Below are positions 30,201 through 41,908 of a stretch of 64,000 bases of DNA, one piece after another. The notes below the pieces were generated by a model. It saw only the letters and a list, made by a program, of their open reading frames with translations, searched no databases and had not been told where the DNA came from. Position 1 is the first letter of the stretch. Each line of letters starts with the position of its first letter. Origin of the DNA: Desulfobacterales bacterium (GTDB taxonomy: Bacteria > Desulfobacterota > Desulfobacteria > Desulfobacterales > UBA2245); the NCBI GenBank assembly GCA_040771865.1, contig JAXGZF010000003.1:248001-312000 (forward strand). The letters are read 5' to 3'. Made by a program: the position numbers and the translations under genes.

Positions 30201-30982
30201 TGCTTCTGAAATATCTCGCCGGCAAACTTCCGGTTTCTGAATTTGAAATGGACTTCGGCGCCAAGGGAAGAGCCCTGAACATTGTCAATACGCTGATGGA
30301 GTGCATGGCGGAGTTTATTAACGCGATGGCCCGTCCAGTGGATGCCATCAAGCATCAGGCCAAGACCGTGACTGTGGGCACCAGCCGGATCAGCGAAAAG
30401 ATCGAAGGCATTCTCTTCGACAAACTGGCCGAATACAACCTCGGTATTTCCCGGCTGACTCCCCGCAACGTGCTGGTCCTGAGAAACCTTCAGGAAATCG
30501 TATCGAGGATTGAAGGCGAGATTCTATATCGCATCGGCGGGCTCAATCTTCTTGGGGAGCCGACAGAGGAAACCACCATTCAGATCGTCAGAAAGTCCGG
30601 TTCCCTGGCTTTGATTCCATCCCGCGTGGAAACCGACAGTCGTCTGAAAGGAACCAAGCGCATCATCGTTCGTCAGGGAAATGTCTATATCGGAAGGGGG
30701 CGAAAGGATGATCGAAAGATCATTGTGATTCCGCTGCTTTCGGAATTTCCCGCGCCGCCGTTGATCGAATGCCTGCTGCTGCTGAATTTCGATTTTAAGG
30801 AAAATGTTTCTCTGGATGCCAGAATCAAAGCCCTGGGCGGAAAATACGAGCATATTAAAAACATTGTTCAGGAGAACAGCATCCAGTGGGATAAGGCGAT
30901 GATCGATCGCGTGAAAATCGAGGATCTGTTCGGAATTTCAGCCGAAAAGATCGCCGAGCAGATCATCGTTTCATTGCGCTGA
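27230..30982 (+). CDS. glmS: Atypical large glutamine--fructose-6-phosphate aminotransferase
   Basis: CGLSGIV, LEVRGRDSAG, HTRWASVG, NCHP, NGDIDNY, TDT, ITQSGTTTDT, SVASTKAF, AKTVTVG. Start codon uncertain. Confidence 0.8.
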   Translation: MIKLFLSIQASTVCFVTRIMPRFFKISGTRLYFGRCPQGIFGPCIVFFPVYQNRLFCGLSGIVAFKASRKPRVRADFDRLKQMLEILEQKGMQTCLTSGLDMTSDYLGGACAKDFYRTTATFKCRDPFHEIFTDSRLISELKQIQGRLNEILARETQSFAEHMGRLEASAFKVVSERIDTLKDISWQIGSEIAANIEKVRSLMGAYSGTLSPNVVGLFKNINAVLNSIDRLEVRGRDSAGISLMFVLDKARYERFEDALKEEFLTDEYHARLEWKVLGNRCINVHEYGAKSPSGPIVGLSFAYKIAAEIGSLGDNVRFLRKQISEDDVLKQLSQIGWRHHTVSSHTRWASVGVIAEANCHPLDSQVAGRGAEGIIHVCLNGDIDNYLELRAEHERQGNRIAQEITTDTKIIPLQIEAYLRKGYDVAESFRKAVNDFQGSHAISMHTDLAPGKFFLAQKGSGQAVFIGIAEEHYMPTSEVYGFVEETSRYIKMSGESALNEKTGEAGGQIVILDQQSAGELEGIEAMHYDGTPICLVPEDIQQTLITSRDIDRQGHPHYFFKEIMESPESVEKTLQNRWKRIPGSDSSCAVYLDEAEFPEALRRAFVGNRIRRVFFIGQGTAGVAAQVCADILHYYLNDPALPVCALKSSELSGFRLVDGDNGTAMSDTLVVAITQSGTTTDTNRAVDMVRARGAHTLAIVNRRDSDVTFKVHGVVYTSSGRDIEMSVASTKAFYSQIVAGALVALFIAQLKGARDVRFVTGAVRELRELPGHMRTILAGHEKIAASARRIAVTKTYWATVGSGPNKASADEIRIKLSELCYKTISSDFIEDKKHIDLSSEPLIIICAAGVREAVIGDIIKDTAIFRAHKATPVVIADEGDHRFDSYAVDVFHVPRVSEQLAPVVNTLVGHIWGYYAALAINEGSRFLFDFRQDIEKIIGDYSSRGLDIFEIILEKRFREKIARFDHEFRQRKAEKRFPTAIGFEKVVDLTLLLKYLAGKLPVSEFEMDFGAKGRALNIVNTLMECMAEFINAMARPVDAIKHQAKTVTVGTSRISEKIEGILFDKLAEYNLGISRLTPRNVLVLRNLQEIVSRIEGEILYRIGGLNLLGEPTEETTIQIVRKSGSLALIPSRVETDSRLKGTKRIIVRQGNVYIGRGRKDDRKIIVIPLLSEFPAPPLIECLLLLNFDFKENVSLDARIKALGGKYEHIKNIVQENSIQWDKAMIDRVKIEDLFGISAEKIAEQIIVSLR

Positions 30983-31058
30983 GGCCAGCGGCAGGCATAG
31001 AAAAGGGCGCTCCGGCGGCTGGGTTGCGGGTTGCTTCCCTCATGAACAGATGAAGGCC

Positions 31059-32774
<1,716 letters not shown>

Positions 32775-33091
32775 TCAGACTGTGTACTTCAACGAACATC
32801 GATTTTGCCTTTTTGGACCGCCATCGGCAGTTTATTCGTATATTTTGCCGAAGCTCTCAACAGTTTTTTAAATTTCATCAGTGCCGGCGTTATTTTGCAC
32901 CTTGTGCGGATCATCAGCTCAGGGACGGAGATTCGATCTCTAAAGAGGCAAGAGACGATGCCGCAATTCCGATCATGAAAATAAAGATAAAGAATTGAAT
33001 CGTTTCCACGATGCATCCATGGCGTTTGGACCGGCTTCCGAAAACCGGATCGAAGAAGGGTTCCGGAAGCCGGTGAAAGGTTCCGCCGCGC

Positions 33092-34369
33092 TTACTGGGC
33101 GATAAAGATGTCGTCGGCAAATCTGGCGGTTGCGCCCAATTCGGCTTCAATGCGGATCAGCTGGTTGAACTTGGCGACCCGGTCGGTTCTGGACATGGAG
33201 CCGGTTTTGATCTGCCCGCTGTTGATTCCCACGGCCAGATCGGCGATAAAGGTATCTTCGGTCTCACCGGATCTGTGCGAGATGACGGTCGTATATCCGG
33301 CGCTTTTGGCCATTTCAATGGCGTCCAGCGTCTCGGTGACCGTGCCCACCTGGTTGAGTTTGATGAGAATTGAGTTGGCAATCCCCTGCTCGATGCCTTT
33401 TTTGAAAATGGAGGGGTTGGTTACGAAGATGTCATCTCCGACCAGTTGAATGGTGCCGCCGAGCTGCTCCGTCATCGCTTCCCAGTTTTCCCAGTCCTGT
33501 TCGGCAAGGCCGTCTTCAATCGAAAGAATCGGGTATTTTTCGATTATTTTTTCATAATAATCAATCATCTCCTGGGACGACAGGGATCTGTTTTCGGATT
33601 TCAGCGCATACCTGCCGTTTTCATAAAATTCGCTGGCCGCCGCGTCCAGCGCCAGTCCGATATCGGCACCGGGCCTGTAACCCGCGTTTTCGATGGCGCG
33701 GATAATGCATTGAATCGCTTCCTCGTTGGATTTGAAATCCGGAGCGAATCCACCCTCGTCTCCGACCGCTGTGGCGTATCCCTTTTTCTTTAATATGTTT
33801 TTTAAGCTGTGAAAGGTTTCGGCGCCCATCCGGACCGCCTGCACGAGGCTTTTGGCGCCCACGGGAACAATCATGAATTCCTGAATGTCCAGATTGTTCG
33901 CCGCATGGGCGCCGCCGTTGATGATGTTCATCATCGGCATGGGAAGGCATCTGGCCTGAATGCCGCCCAGGTAACGATAGAGCGGAAGATCGTAAGCACT
34001 GGCGGCGGCGCGTGCGGCCGCCATGGAAACGGCCAGAATGGCGTTGGCGCCGAACTTGGCCTTGTTGTCCGTTCCGTCGAGCTCGATCAGGAAACGGTCG
34101 ATATTGCCCTGGTCTGAGGCGTCCATTCCGAGGATTTCGGGACGGATTTCCTGATTCACGTTGCGTACGGCTGTGGCAACGCCTTTTCCGTTGAAGCGTT
34201 CGGATTCGGCGTCTCGCAGCTCCAGCGCTTCCCGGGTGCCTGTGGAGGCGCCTGAAGGCACCGCAGCCCGACCGACGGCGCCGCATGCCAGCAGAAGGTC
34301 CGCTTCAACAGTTGGGTTGCCCCTGGAATCCAAAATTTCCCTTGCTTTTACATCTACGATTTCGGTCAT
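33092..34369 (-). CDS. eno: Enolase
   Basis: [40 protein letters not shown]. Confidence 0.98.
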   Translation of the reverse strand: MTEIVDVKAREILDSRGNPTVEADLLLACGAVGRAAVPSGASTGTREALELRDAESERFNGKGVATAVRNVNQEIRPEILGMDASDQGNIDRFLIELDGTDNKAKFGANAILAVSMAAARAAASAYDLPLYRYLGGIQARCLPMPMMNIINGGAHAANNLDIQEFMIVPVGAKSLVQAVRMGAETFHSLKNILKKKGYATAVGDEGGFAPDFKSNEEAIQCIIRAIENAGYRPGADIGLALDAAASEFYENGRYALKSENRSLSSQEMIDYYEKIIEKYPILSIEDGLAEQDWENWEAMTEQLGGTIQLVGDDIFVTNPSIFKKGIEQGIANSILIKLNQVGTVTETLDAIEMAKSAGYTTVISHRSGETEDTFIADLAVGINSGQIKTGSMSRTDRVAKFNQLIRIEAELGATARFADDIFIAQ

Positions 34370-34607
34370 GCCGTTCTCTTTCCGTTGATTTGAGTTAACT
34401 TTATGATATTTTTAGATTTAAATGTATCGTGGTCCTTGACAATTTTTGATGAAATGTTACTCTTCAAAAGTTTTTATGTCAAGCTGACTGGAGACATTCT
34501 TTTATATGAAAGCAGCCTCGGGTATTTTCATGCGTTGTCGTGTTTTCTCCGGTATCGAGGTTGTTGACATGTTTAGATTCAGAGAAAATTAATCTGGAGA
34601 AAAGGTC

Positions 34608-35030
34608 ATGAAACCAAGAAGCGAATATGAGCAGGCCCATCTGATAGTCGCGGCGATTCGGCTGTTGGAATACCAGAATAATTCTCCTCCCAGCGTGGAG
34701 GCTGTTTCCCGAATGCTGCAATTTTCCATGGAACAAACCGAGAGAATTTTAAGAAAGCTGGTTCAATCTCAAGCTGTCGACCGCGCTGAAGGCGCCTTTG
34801 GAACCCGCCTTTTTATCAAGGATCATCTGGCCGTGGAGTCGCTTTTCAAGACTGACGGGGAAAGCGGTCTGGAAATGGAGATCAAAAAATTTCAGGAGAA
34901 CCGGAAACCCATTTCCCAGAAAATTGAATCTATTCAGGCTGAACAAAGAGAGAAGAAAAAAAACCTTTTTGCCGAGCTGGAGAAAAAGCTCAAGGGCGGA
35001 GCGGATAAGACTTCGACGGTGGAAAAATAA
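34608..35030 (+). CDS. Hypothetical protein (wHTH-like N-terminus, charged coiled-coil C-terminus)
   Basis: GGAGA RBS; 140-aa ORF co-oriented with surE. Confidence 0.7.
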   Translation: MKPRSEYEQAHLIVAAIRLLEYQNNSPPSVEAVSRMLQFSMEQTERILRKLVQSQAVDRAEGAFGTRLFIKDHLAVESLFKTDGESGLEMEIKKFQENRKPISQKIESIQAEQREKKKNLFAELEKKLKGGADKTSTVEK

Positions 35031-35068
35031 GCCTTCCGCAATCGTCGTCCTGAAAAGGAGTATGTTTT

Positions 35069-35782
35069 GTGAAGTTGATTCTCACCAATGACGACGGAAT
35101 TGAGGCGCCTGGATTGAGCGCTCTGGAATACGCACTGGGGAATCTGGGCGAGCTGGTTGTGGTTGCTCCGGAATGCTCTCAATCAGAGATCGGCCATCAG
35201 GTCACCACGAAGGCGCCGATAGGCTTCAGAAAAATTTCATCCGCGCGTTACGGCGTGTCCGGCACGCCCGCGGACTGCGCTCGAATCGCTCTGACCGCCC
35301 TTCATCCGGATGCCGACTGGCTGATTGCCGGAATTAACCGCGGCGGAAATCTGGGTGCCGACATTTACATGTCCGGAACCGTGGCGGCCGCAAGAGAAGC
35401 CGCTCTGCTGGGAATCAAGGCGATTGCAATTTCCCATTATGTGGCTGAAAATCGCGAGGTCGATTGGGCGCTTGCAGCGCGACGCGCGGCGCCGGTTCTC
35501 AAAAAACTCATTGACAGCGGGCTTGAACCGGCCTGCTTTTTTAACGTCAATCTTCCGCATCCGCCGGATTCACTTCCGGATCCGCCTGTCTCTTTTTGCG
35601 CTCTGGATACGATGCCCCTGGCAATCCGCTTTCGTCGCAACGGGAATCAATTTGTTTACAGAGGAAACTACCATCAGCGCCCTCGCCAGATGGGACGCGA
35701 TGTGGATATGTGTTTCAGCGGAAGAATTGCCGTTTCAAAGATTCCTCTCGAAATGGCGGATGCGTGTCATACGGGGAAATAG
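35069..35782 (+). CDS. surE: 5'/3'-nucleotidase SurE
   Basis: LTNDDGIEAPG, GTPADC, GINRGGNLG, YMSGTVAAAREA. Confidence 0.93.
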   Translation: MKLILTNDDGIEAPGLSALEYALGNLGELVVVAPECSQSEIGHQVTTKAPIGFRKISSARYGVSGTPADCARIALTALHPDADWLIAGINRGGNLGADIYMSGTVAAAREAALLGIKAIAISHYVAENREVDWALAARRAAPVLKKLIDSGLEPACFFNVNLPHPPDSLPDPPVSFCALDTMPLAIRFRRNGNQFVYRGNYHQRPRQMGRDVDMCFSGRIAVSKIPLEMADACHTGK

Positions 35783-35896
35783 GCTGCCACAGATGATGTG
35801 CCTGCCGGCGGTGCCGGGATTACTTGTGGACAGCCGGGTCCGGCTGTGATATCAGCGGCTTAAGTTTTCAGAAATCCCCAAAGAGGAGAATCTGCC

Positions 35897-36142
35897 ATGA
35901 ATCTGTGGACGGCGGCTCTTCTGGTTTTTGCCATCAATCTGCCGTTTGGATTCTGGCGCGCCGGAACCCGAAAACTTTCCATGGCCTGGTTTTTAGCAGT
36001 TCACATTCCGGTTCCCTTGGTTATTGGAATTCGTTATTTTTCCGAAATCGGGTGGCAGCTGAGTTCATATCCCATTTTAATTGCCGCTTTTTTTGGAGGG
36101 CAGTTTTTCGGAGGAAAGATCAGGAATAGAAGCGGATCTTGA
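35897..36142 (+). CDS. Small membrane protein
   Basis: GAGGAG RBS; INLPFGFWRA...WFLAVHIPVP; three hydrophobic segments. Confidence 0.7.
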   Translation: MNLWTAALLVFAINLPFGFWRAGTRKLSMAWFLAVHIPVPLVIGIRYFSEIGWQLSSYPILIAAFFGGQFFGGKIRNRSGS

Positions 36143-36254
36143 ATGGGAAAATGGTCTGAGCTGTTCGAAGGAGGCTTTTCAGGGATCCGTATTTTGAAGG
36201 ATTTTGTTTTTAGGCATGTTTTATAAAAATCACACATTAAACCAAAGGGGCGCC

Positions 36255-36593
36255 ATGTATACGGTTAAAGCAACCGATGTTCAGGAAGTCGAGCGGCTGA
36301 ATGCCAGAGTGAGGCTGGTTGTCACTCGAAACACCTTTCCGGGGCTTGAAGCGGCCAGTCAGGGCATGCTGTCGCTGGATCCGGGAGTTGCCATGAAGGA
36401 CCATGTTCACGAAAAAAGCATCGAGATATTTTATCCGGTTTCCGGAAAAGCGGTTCTGGTCATCGATGGAAAAGAATACCTCATGGAACCCGGAATTGCG
36501 GCGTGCGTGCCCAAGGGGGTCGGGCACTATCTTCGAAACGATTCTCCGAATACGGCATTTCAGACCATCATTACGCACGTGCCGCATTTATAG
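36255..36593 (+). CDS. Cupin domain protein
   Basis: HVHEKSIEIFY and PKGVGH cupin motifs. Confidence 0.8.
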   Translation: MYTVKATDVQEVERLNARVRLVVTRNTFPGLEAASQGMLSLDPGVAMKDHVHEKSIEIFYPVSGKAVLVIDGKEYLMEPGIAACVPKGVGHYLRNDSPNTAFQTIITHVPHL

Positions 36594-36608
36594 AGGCCGC
36601 TTTATTTT

Positions 36609-38660
36609 TCAAGAAATTCCGGTGTGAAGCGAGGTTTCGCCGGGCAGGGTCCCGGGTATCAGGACTTTTTGAACGGCTTCGGAAATGCGGGCGCGGGTTA
36701 ATGGCTTGGTCAATATTTCATGAATGCCGACCGATTCCGCCGCGCTTTCGGACAAGATATCGCTGTAGCCCGTGCACAGAATGATCGGTATGCTCCGATG
36801 GATCTTTCGGATTTCCGCTGCAAAATCGAGGCCGCTGATATGCGGCATGGTCATGTCGGTGATGATAAGGTCGAATTTGTCGGGGTTTTCCCGAAACATA
36901 TTCAGGGCTCTGTGAACGCTTGTTTCAGCAACCACCTCATATTCCAGGCTTTCCAGCAGGTCATGGCCCACGGCGGCGAGTATGGCTTCGTCGTCGACCA
37001 GAAGGATTTTCTGGTTTTTTATCTTTGACGGAGTTATGGAGACGCTCTGCCCGCATTCCACCAGTGGAGCATCGACCTCCATGACGGGAAAATAGACCTC
37101 GAACACGGTTCCTTCGCCCGGACTGCTGGATACAAGGATCACGCCGCCATGGTTTTTGATGATGCCGTGAACAACCGAGAGCCCCAATCCTGTACCTTCG
37201 CCGGTGGGCTTGGTACTGAAAAACGGGTCAAAGATCCGGTCGATGATTTCCGGCTGTATTCCGTGTCCGGCATCTTCCACGGTCAGTTTCTGATATTTTC
37301 CGGGTTGGAAATCCGGATTCAGGGACGCTTTCTTCGCATTGATTGTCACATCCTCCAGGCTGACTTTCAGCAGCCCTCCTTTTTCTTTCATGGCATAGGC
37401 CGCATTGACGCACAGATTCATGATCACCTGATGAATATGGGTCGGATCTGTCATCACCGGAGACAGGTTGGAAGCGATATTCTGGCGGATTTCAACGGAG
37501 CTGGGAATCGATGCGCGCAGCATTTTCAGGGCTTCTTTAATGATGATGGACAGTTTGTAGGGTTGAGGCTCTCCGGGAGCCTGTCGGCTGAAGGTCAGGA
37601 TTTGATTGACGAGGTCCTTTGCGCGCAGACTGGCTTTAAAAACCTCTTTCAGCCTTTTCTGCTGGCCACTTTCTTTCGGTGCTTCGAGCATTGCCAGTTC
37701 GGTATACCCCATGATGGCGCTGAGAATGTTGTTAAAATCATGGGCAATTCCGCCGGCCATGGTCCCGATGGCCTCCATTTTCTGAACGAGATGCAGCTGC
37801 TTTGACAGGTATTGATTTTCGGTTTCTCTGATTTTCAGGGATTCGGCCATCTGGTTGAAGGCTTGCGCGAGTTTTCCGATCTCATCGACGGATTCGACGG
37901 GAACGGTTTTCACCTCCCCGCCGGCGCCGATCAATTTGACCCCTTCGGTCAGTTTCTTGAGCGGCCGCGATATCCGTTTCGAGATCAGGAAAATCATGGG
38001 GGAGATAAGGACCAGAAAGATCAAGCCGATGAATATGCCGGCTGCCAGCAGTTCGTTCAGCTGCCGGGTCAGATTGGCTTTTGTCATTGATACCCGCACG
38101 TACCCGATGACGTGATCCATCGATTCGGGTCCTGAAATATCCGGAAAGGAGGTTTCCTGCTCCATATCGAAGATTTCTCCCGAAAGAACCGGAGCAAAGA
38201 AAATAAAGGATCTTGAAGCGTTACGAAAGAACGGCAATTCGGACTGGAATGCTTCCGGGGAAAGGGTGGCCTGATCCGGTTCCGTTTTTCCGGAATCGGT
38301 TTGATTGGAATCGAATGAAGCGCTTTTCAGGTCCTTCAGCAGTTTCCCCTGACGGTTGTATATCGAAACCGCATAAATATCGGGCTGCTCCATTATTCCT
38401 TCTCCAAGGGCGGTCAGCAGCGTTTCATTTTCCGAAAATACACCGATTTTGGAACTGTGGGCCAGAATCTGTGATATCAGGAGCCCTCTCTGGGTGAGAT
38501 GCAGCGTCAGAGCATTGCGCTGGTATTGAAAGAAAAAAAACGTAAAGGCTGCAACCAGTAGGAAAATGCAGACGGTGAAGATCATGAAAATCCTCAGCCC
38601 AAAACTTTCCCGCGGCTGTTGAATGAAATTCAATTTCAATGGTATTGGTTCCTTATTCAA
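36609..38660 (-). CDS. Membrane hybrid sensor histidine kinase (2 TM, periplasmic domain, HAMP, HisKA, HATPase, REC)
   Basis: [13 protein letters not shown] (HAMP), [39 protein letters not shown]...ITDMTMP...KP. Confidence 0.93.
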   Translation of the reverse strand: MNKEPIPLKLNFIQQPRESFGLRIFMIFTVCIFLLVAAFTFFFFQYQRNALTLHLTQRGLLISQILAHSSKIGVFSENETLLTALGEGIMEQPDIYAVSIYNRQGKLLKDLKSASFDSNQTDSGKTEPDQATLSPEAFQSELPFFRNASRSFIFFAPVLSGEIFDMEQETSFPDISGPESMDHVIGYVRVSMTKANLTRQLNELLAAGIFIGLIFLVLISPMIFLISKRISRPLKKLTEGVKLIGAGGEVKTVPVESVDEIGKLAQAFNQMAESLKIRETENQYLSKQLHLVQKMEAIGTMAGGIAHDFNNILSAIMGYTELAMLEAPKESGQQKRLKEVFKASLRAKDLVNQILTFSRQAPGEPQPYKLSIIIKEALKMLRASIPSSVEIRQNIASNLSPVMTDPTHIHQVIMNLCVNAAYAMKEKGGLLKVSLEDVTINAKKASLNPDFQPGKYQKLTVEDAGHGIQPEIIDRIFDPFFSTKPTGEGTGLGLSVVHGIIKNHGGVILVSSSPGEGTVFEVYFPVMEVDAPLVECGQSVSITPSKIKNQKILLVDDEAILAAVGHDLLESLEYEVVAETSVHRALNMFRENPDKFDLIITDMTMPHISGLDFAAEIRKIHRSIPIILCTGYSDILSESAAESVGIHEILTKPLTRARISEAVQKVLIPGTLPGETSLHTGIS

Positions 38661-39564
38661 CCATAATTACTTCGTTTAAAATTTTGCCCTCCAGTTGAAT
38701 GCCCAGTTTGGCTGCGACCTTTGGATTGACTGAAATCAGCGGGTTTCTGGCCTCGGCTCTGGGTATGGATTGAACCGGCGTTCCATTCAGAATTCTCTGC
38801 GCCATTTCGCCGGCCTGCAGTCCCATGTCATAAGGGTCGGCACTGATCGAGATCAGTGCGCCCAGTTTCAGATACTTGTCCGAAAAAGTCAGAATTGGTA
38901 TTTTGTTTTCAATTGAAAACAATATCAGAAATTCAACGGTTTTCGGCGTGACGACGGTCAGATCCGGAATCATCCAGAATACATCAACCTGATTTTTGAA
39001 GTTTTTCAGAAGATCGGGGACCTGGTTTGAGCTGTACGCCGGAGCGGACCTGAGCTGAAGATTCAGCACTACGGCGGCGGATTCGGCTTTCTGCCGCAAC
39101 ATGCCGGTTTGGGAGGGGTCGTATAAAAGCCCGACGGATTGAACGGATGGAATGATTTTTAAAAGCGCTGTCATCTGTTTTTCCGGCGGGATGACCATAT
39201 CCACGCCCGTGATGTTGGTCGCCCCGTTTACAATGTTTTCCGGATGAAGCGCCATGACGTAAACAACGGGGATATTGCGGATATTTTTGACCGCCGTCAA
39301 CGCGTTGGTGCCGATGGCCAGAATCAGATCCGCATTTGCAAACCGAAGCTCCTCCTGGATGTCCGGATTCGGAAGATCGGCCAGCGCGATGTGCGTAAAC
39401 GACTGCCGGAAGAGGCTTTGAGCACCCTGGACGGCCGTTTCGTAGGGGGGAACGTTCAGGGAATAAACCGCCGCAATCTGGGATCCCGCCCACGCCGGAT
39501 CCGATCCGGACACCGCCAGACGGATGATCAGGCCGATGATAACGATGATTCTTCCGAGCGTCAT
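38653..39564 (-). CDS. Periplasmic ABC-type substrate-binding protein with no adjacent transporter
   Basis: Signal peptide (AWA), LILAIGT, IPVVY, NITGVDM, VGLLYDP, GALISI, GLQAGEMAQRILNG, VNPKVAAKLGI. Overlaps the kinase start by 8 nt. Confidence 0.85.
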   Translation of the reverse strand: MTLGRIIVIIGLIIRLAVSGSDPAWAGSQIAAVYSLNVPPYETAVQGAQSLFRQSFTHIALADLPNPDIQEELRFANADLILAIGTNALTAVKNIRNIPVVYVMALHPENIVNGATNITGVDMVIPPEKQMTALLKIIPSVQSVGLLYDPSQTGMLRQKAESAAVVLNLQLRSAPAYSSNQVPDLLKNFKNQVDVFWMIPDLTVVTPKTVEFLILFSIENKIPILTFSDKYLKLGALISISADPYDMGLQAGEMAQRILNGTPVQSIPRAEARNPLISVNPKVAAKLGIQLEGKILNEVIMVE

Positions 39565-39714
39565 ATCTTAATAAAGTTCCGGAACCCGTGGGGCTTCCGG
39601 ATAGGGTAACTTATATATTCTTGAATGTTGATTAAAAAACTGGTAGAAGCTCCTAACATATTTTTCTTTTATGCGAAATATTATTTTTTCATCAAATACT
39701 AGACGGGTCTGAGC

Positions 39715-41631
39715 ATGAAAGCAAAAGTTTTCATCCTTTCACTTTTCTTCTGCCTGACGCTGATTCGGTCTGCATCCGCCGAGTTTTCAGAGGAGATGCG
39801 GATTCTGAAATTGTTTTACGAGGAAAAGGATCTGGTTGTTTCCTCAACCCGCCATCCCAAGCATATTTTCGATTCCGCTGAAAACATAACGGTGATTACC
39901 GCCAGGGAAATCGAGGCCATGAACGCCCATACCGTGGGCGAGGTGCTTTCCCGTATGCCGGGGCTGTTTGTAAACTCCAACCGTGATTTCGGCGCCGCCA
40001 CCCTGATCAACGCCCAGGGGGTGAGCGCCCGGCACGTGCTGATCCTGCTCGACGGGATTCCCTGGAATTTCAATTTCAACGAGACCGCCGAAACCAACAC
40101 CATTCCCATCGGCATCGTCGAGCGCATCGAGGTGGTCAAGGGTCCGGCATCTTCGGTCTGGGGGCCGTATCTGGGCGGGGCGGTCAACATCATTACCAAG
40201 GATGTGGGAAGCAGCGGCATCCCATCCGGCAGCATCAGCGCCTCATACGGCAACAGCAGAAGCGGCGACTACCGCGCCCAGGTCAAGGGGACGGCCGGAA
40301 TGACGGGATATTATCTGTATGCCGGGCGCCAGGTCTCGGACGGACTCGTATCCGGGCGAAGCTTTGACAATGACGGTTTTTTTGCCAAGATTTATGCGCC
40401 GGTGACCGATGCATTATCGCTTGGCGCCAGCCTGGGTTACAGTGATCCGGATGCGGATTCGGGCGATTACCCGGCCTACGGCTTTTCAAGCAATTACTGG
40501 TCTCGGGCCTTGTGGGGCAAGGGCTATCTTCGGGGGGAAATAACGGATTCGCTTTCCCTTCACGCCTCGGCCTATAAGCTGATGCGAAAAAATGTTTCGG
40601 AAAATCTGGAGCTCGGCCTTAACGGGTCTTCGGGAGACCTGCTGCTGTCCACAGACAGCGAGGAGGACTTCAGCGGCGCCAATATCGAGTTCTCCTGGAA
40701 ACCCGCAAACCATTCCGTGGTGGCCGGGGGGGAATATATCCGGGGGGATTTTGATACGCGCCTCAGAAGCGGGGAATACTACCAGTTTCTGGGCGCTCCT
40801 CATCTCTCTCTGGATCAGAGCGCTGAAACCCGACAGAGTTTCTATATCAACGATACGATTCTGCTGGGGCGGTTTTCGCTGACCCCCGGTCTTCGCTATG
40901 ATCACAGCAGCCTGGGGGACGGACATCTGAGTCCGAGTTTCGGGGTGACCTGCAAACTTCCGGAAAACACCCTGCTCAGAGCCTCGATCGTCCGGGGCTT
41001 TTCCCTCCCCCCCTTATCGCTTAAAAAAACCGGCGGGTTGTTTCTGGATCCCAACCCGGATCTGGATTCGGAGAGCATCTGGTCCTATCAGGTTGGAATG
41101 GAAACCGCTCAGAAATATTTCTGGGTCAAGGCGACGCTTTTTTATCATGAAATCGAAGACGGTCTTGTCAAAATCTATTATGGTGGCGGACCTCCGGCCT
41201 ATGATGACATTTATGTGAACGGGAGTTCAGCTGACCAGGAAGGCTTTGAAATCGAGTGGGAAACGGTTCCGGTCTGGAATCTCTCGTTAAAGGCCGGATT
41301 TTCCTATGTCCATTACAGCCCTGCAGATATTGAATCAGGTGCGGAAAATGCCTATACGGCCGATATCTGCCTGAAATATGATGACAACCAGGGGCTCAAC
41401 CTTCAGCTGATGGGATATTTGACAGACTGGGGACTGCCTGCAGGGCGGCAAAGCGAGGACGGCCGGTTTCTCTGGGATCTGGTCTTTTCCAGGCGCCTGT
41501 CCGGTTTTGGACGAATATCGCCCGAGGTCTTCGGTGCGGTTCATAATCTTTTGAATCAGGATCAATACCTCTTTCCAGAACAAAAATACCCGGATCGCTG
41601 GATGGAAGCCGGAATCCGTATTCGTTTTTAA
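39715..41631 (+). CDS. TonB-dependent outer-membrane receptor
   Basis: Signal peptide (ASA), plug motifs ITVITAREIE, LLDGIP, VERIEVVKGPASSVWG...GGAVNIITK; GLRYD; NPDLDSE; C-terminal GIRIRF. Confidence 0.93.
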   Translation: MKAKVFILSLFFCLTLIRSASAEFSEEMRILKLFYEEKDLVVSSTRHPKHIFDSAENITVITAREIEAMNAHTVGEVLSRMPGLFVNSNRDFGAATLINAQGVSARHVLILLDGIPWNFNFNETAETNTIPIGIVERIEVVKGPASSVWGPYLGGAVNIITKDVGSSGIPSGSISASYGNSRSGDYRAQVKGTAGMTGYYLYAGRQVSDGLVSGRSFDNDGFFAKIYAPVTDALSLGASLGYSDPDADSGDYPAYGFSSNYWSRALWGKGYLRGEITDSLSLHASAYKLMRKNVSENLELGLNGSSGDLLLSTDSEEDFSGANIEFSWKPANHSVVAGGEYIRGDFDTRLRSGEYYQFLGAPHLSLDQSAETRQSFYINDTILLGRFSLTPGLRYDHSSLGDGHLSPSFGVTCKLPENTLLRASIVRGFSLPPLSLKKTGGLFLDPNPDLDSESIWSYQVGMETAQKYFWVKATLFYHEIEDGLVKIYYGGGPPAYDDIYVNGSSADQEGFEIEWETVPVWNLSLKAGFSYVHYSPADIESGAENAYTADICLKYDDNQGLNLQLMGYLTDWGLPAGRQSEDGRFLWDLVFSRRLSGFGRISPEVFGAVHNLLNQDQYLFPEQKYPDRWMEAGIRIRF

Positions 41632-41763
41632 GCCACTCGGCGGAGAATTCTCTACAGCAGGAGGGTTTTCGTTCAAATCGATCGTTTTGGCTTGCATTTT
41701 TTCATGCCTTTGCTAACCTGCCTGTAAATTCTGAAGCAGACCGGGCTGAAAAAGGAGATATTT

Positions 41764-41874
41764 ATGAAAAAAAATCAAAAGCGGAAAAAAATAGTGGTGG
41801 TGGATGCGGGTGTCAGCTTGAAAAAGTCATCGTACCTTATCTGTTGCTACTTACCTTTATTTCCCGTGCGATAA
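41764..41874 (+). CDS. Putative RiPP precursor peptide (geopeptide-like), 36 aa: MKKNQKRKKIVVVDAGVSLKKSSYLICCYLPLFPVR
   Basis: Not in the ORF track (under 60 aa). AAAGGAGA RBS at 41751-41758, basic leader with KKIVVVDAG, Cys-Cys core, own terminator, directly upstream of the rSAM/SPASM gene. Confidence 0.85.
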   Translation: MKKNQKRKKIVVVDAGVSLKKSSYLICCYLPLFPVR

Positions 41875-41908
41875 GGCCGTCGGATTCGTTTGATTTGAGC
41901 CCCAATTT

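Noticed and set aside
36255..36593. Cupin as a tailoring enzyme of the peptide system
   Set aside because: It is convergent with the kinase and co-oriented with the surE group; nothing links it to the peptide genes.
41686..41716. Sigma54 promoter for the precursor peptide
   Set aside because: TTGG and TTGCT elements are both present, but not at the required GG-N10-GC spacing.
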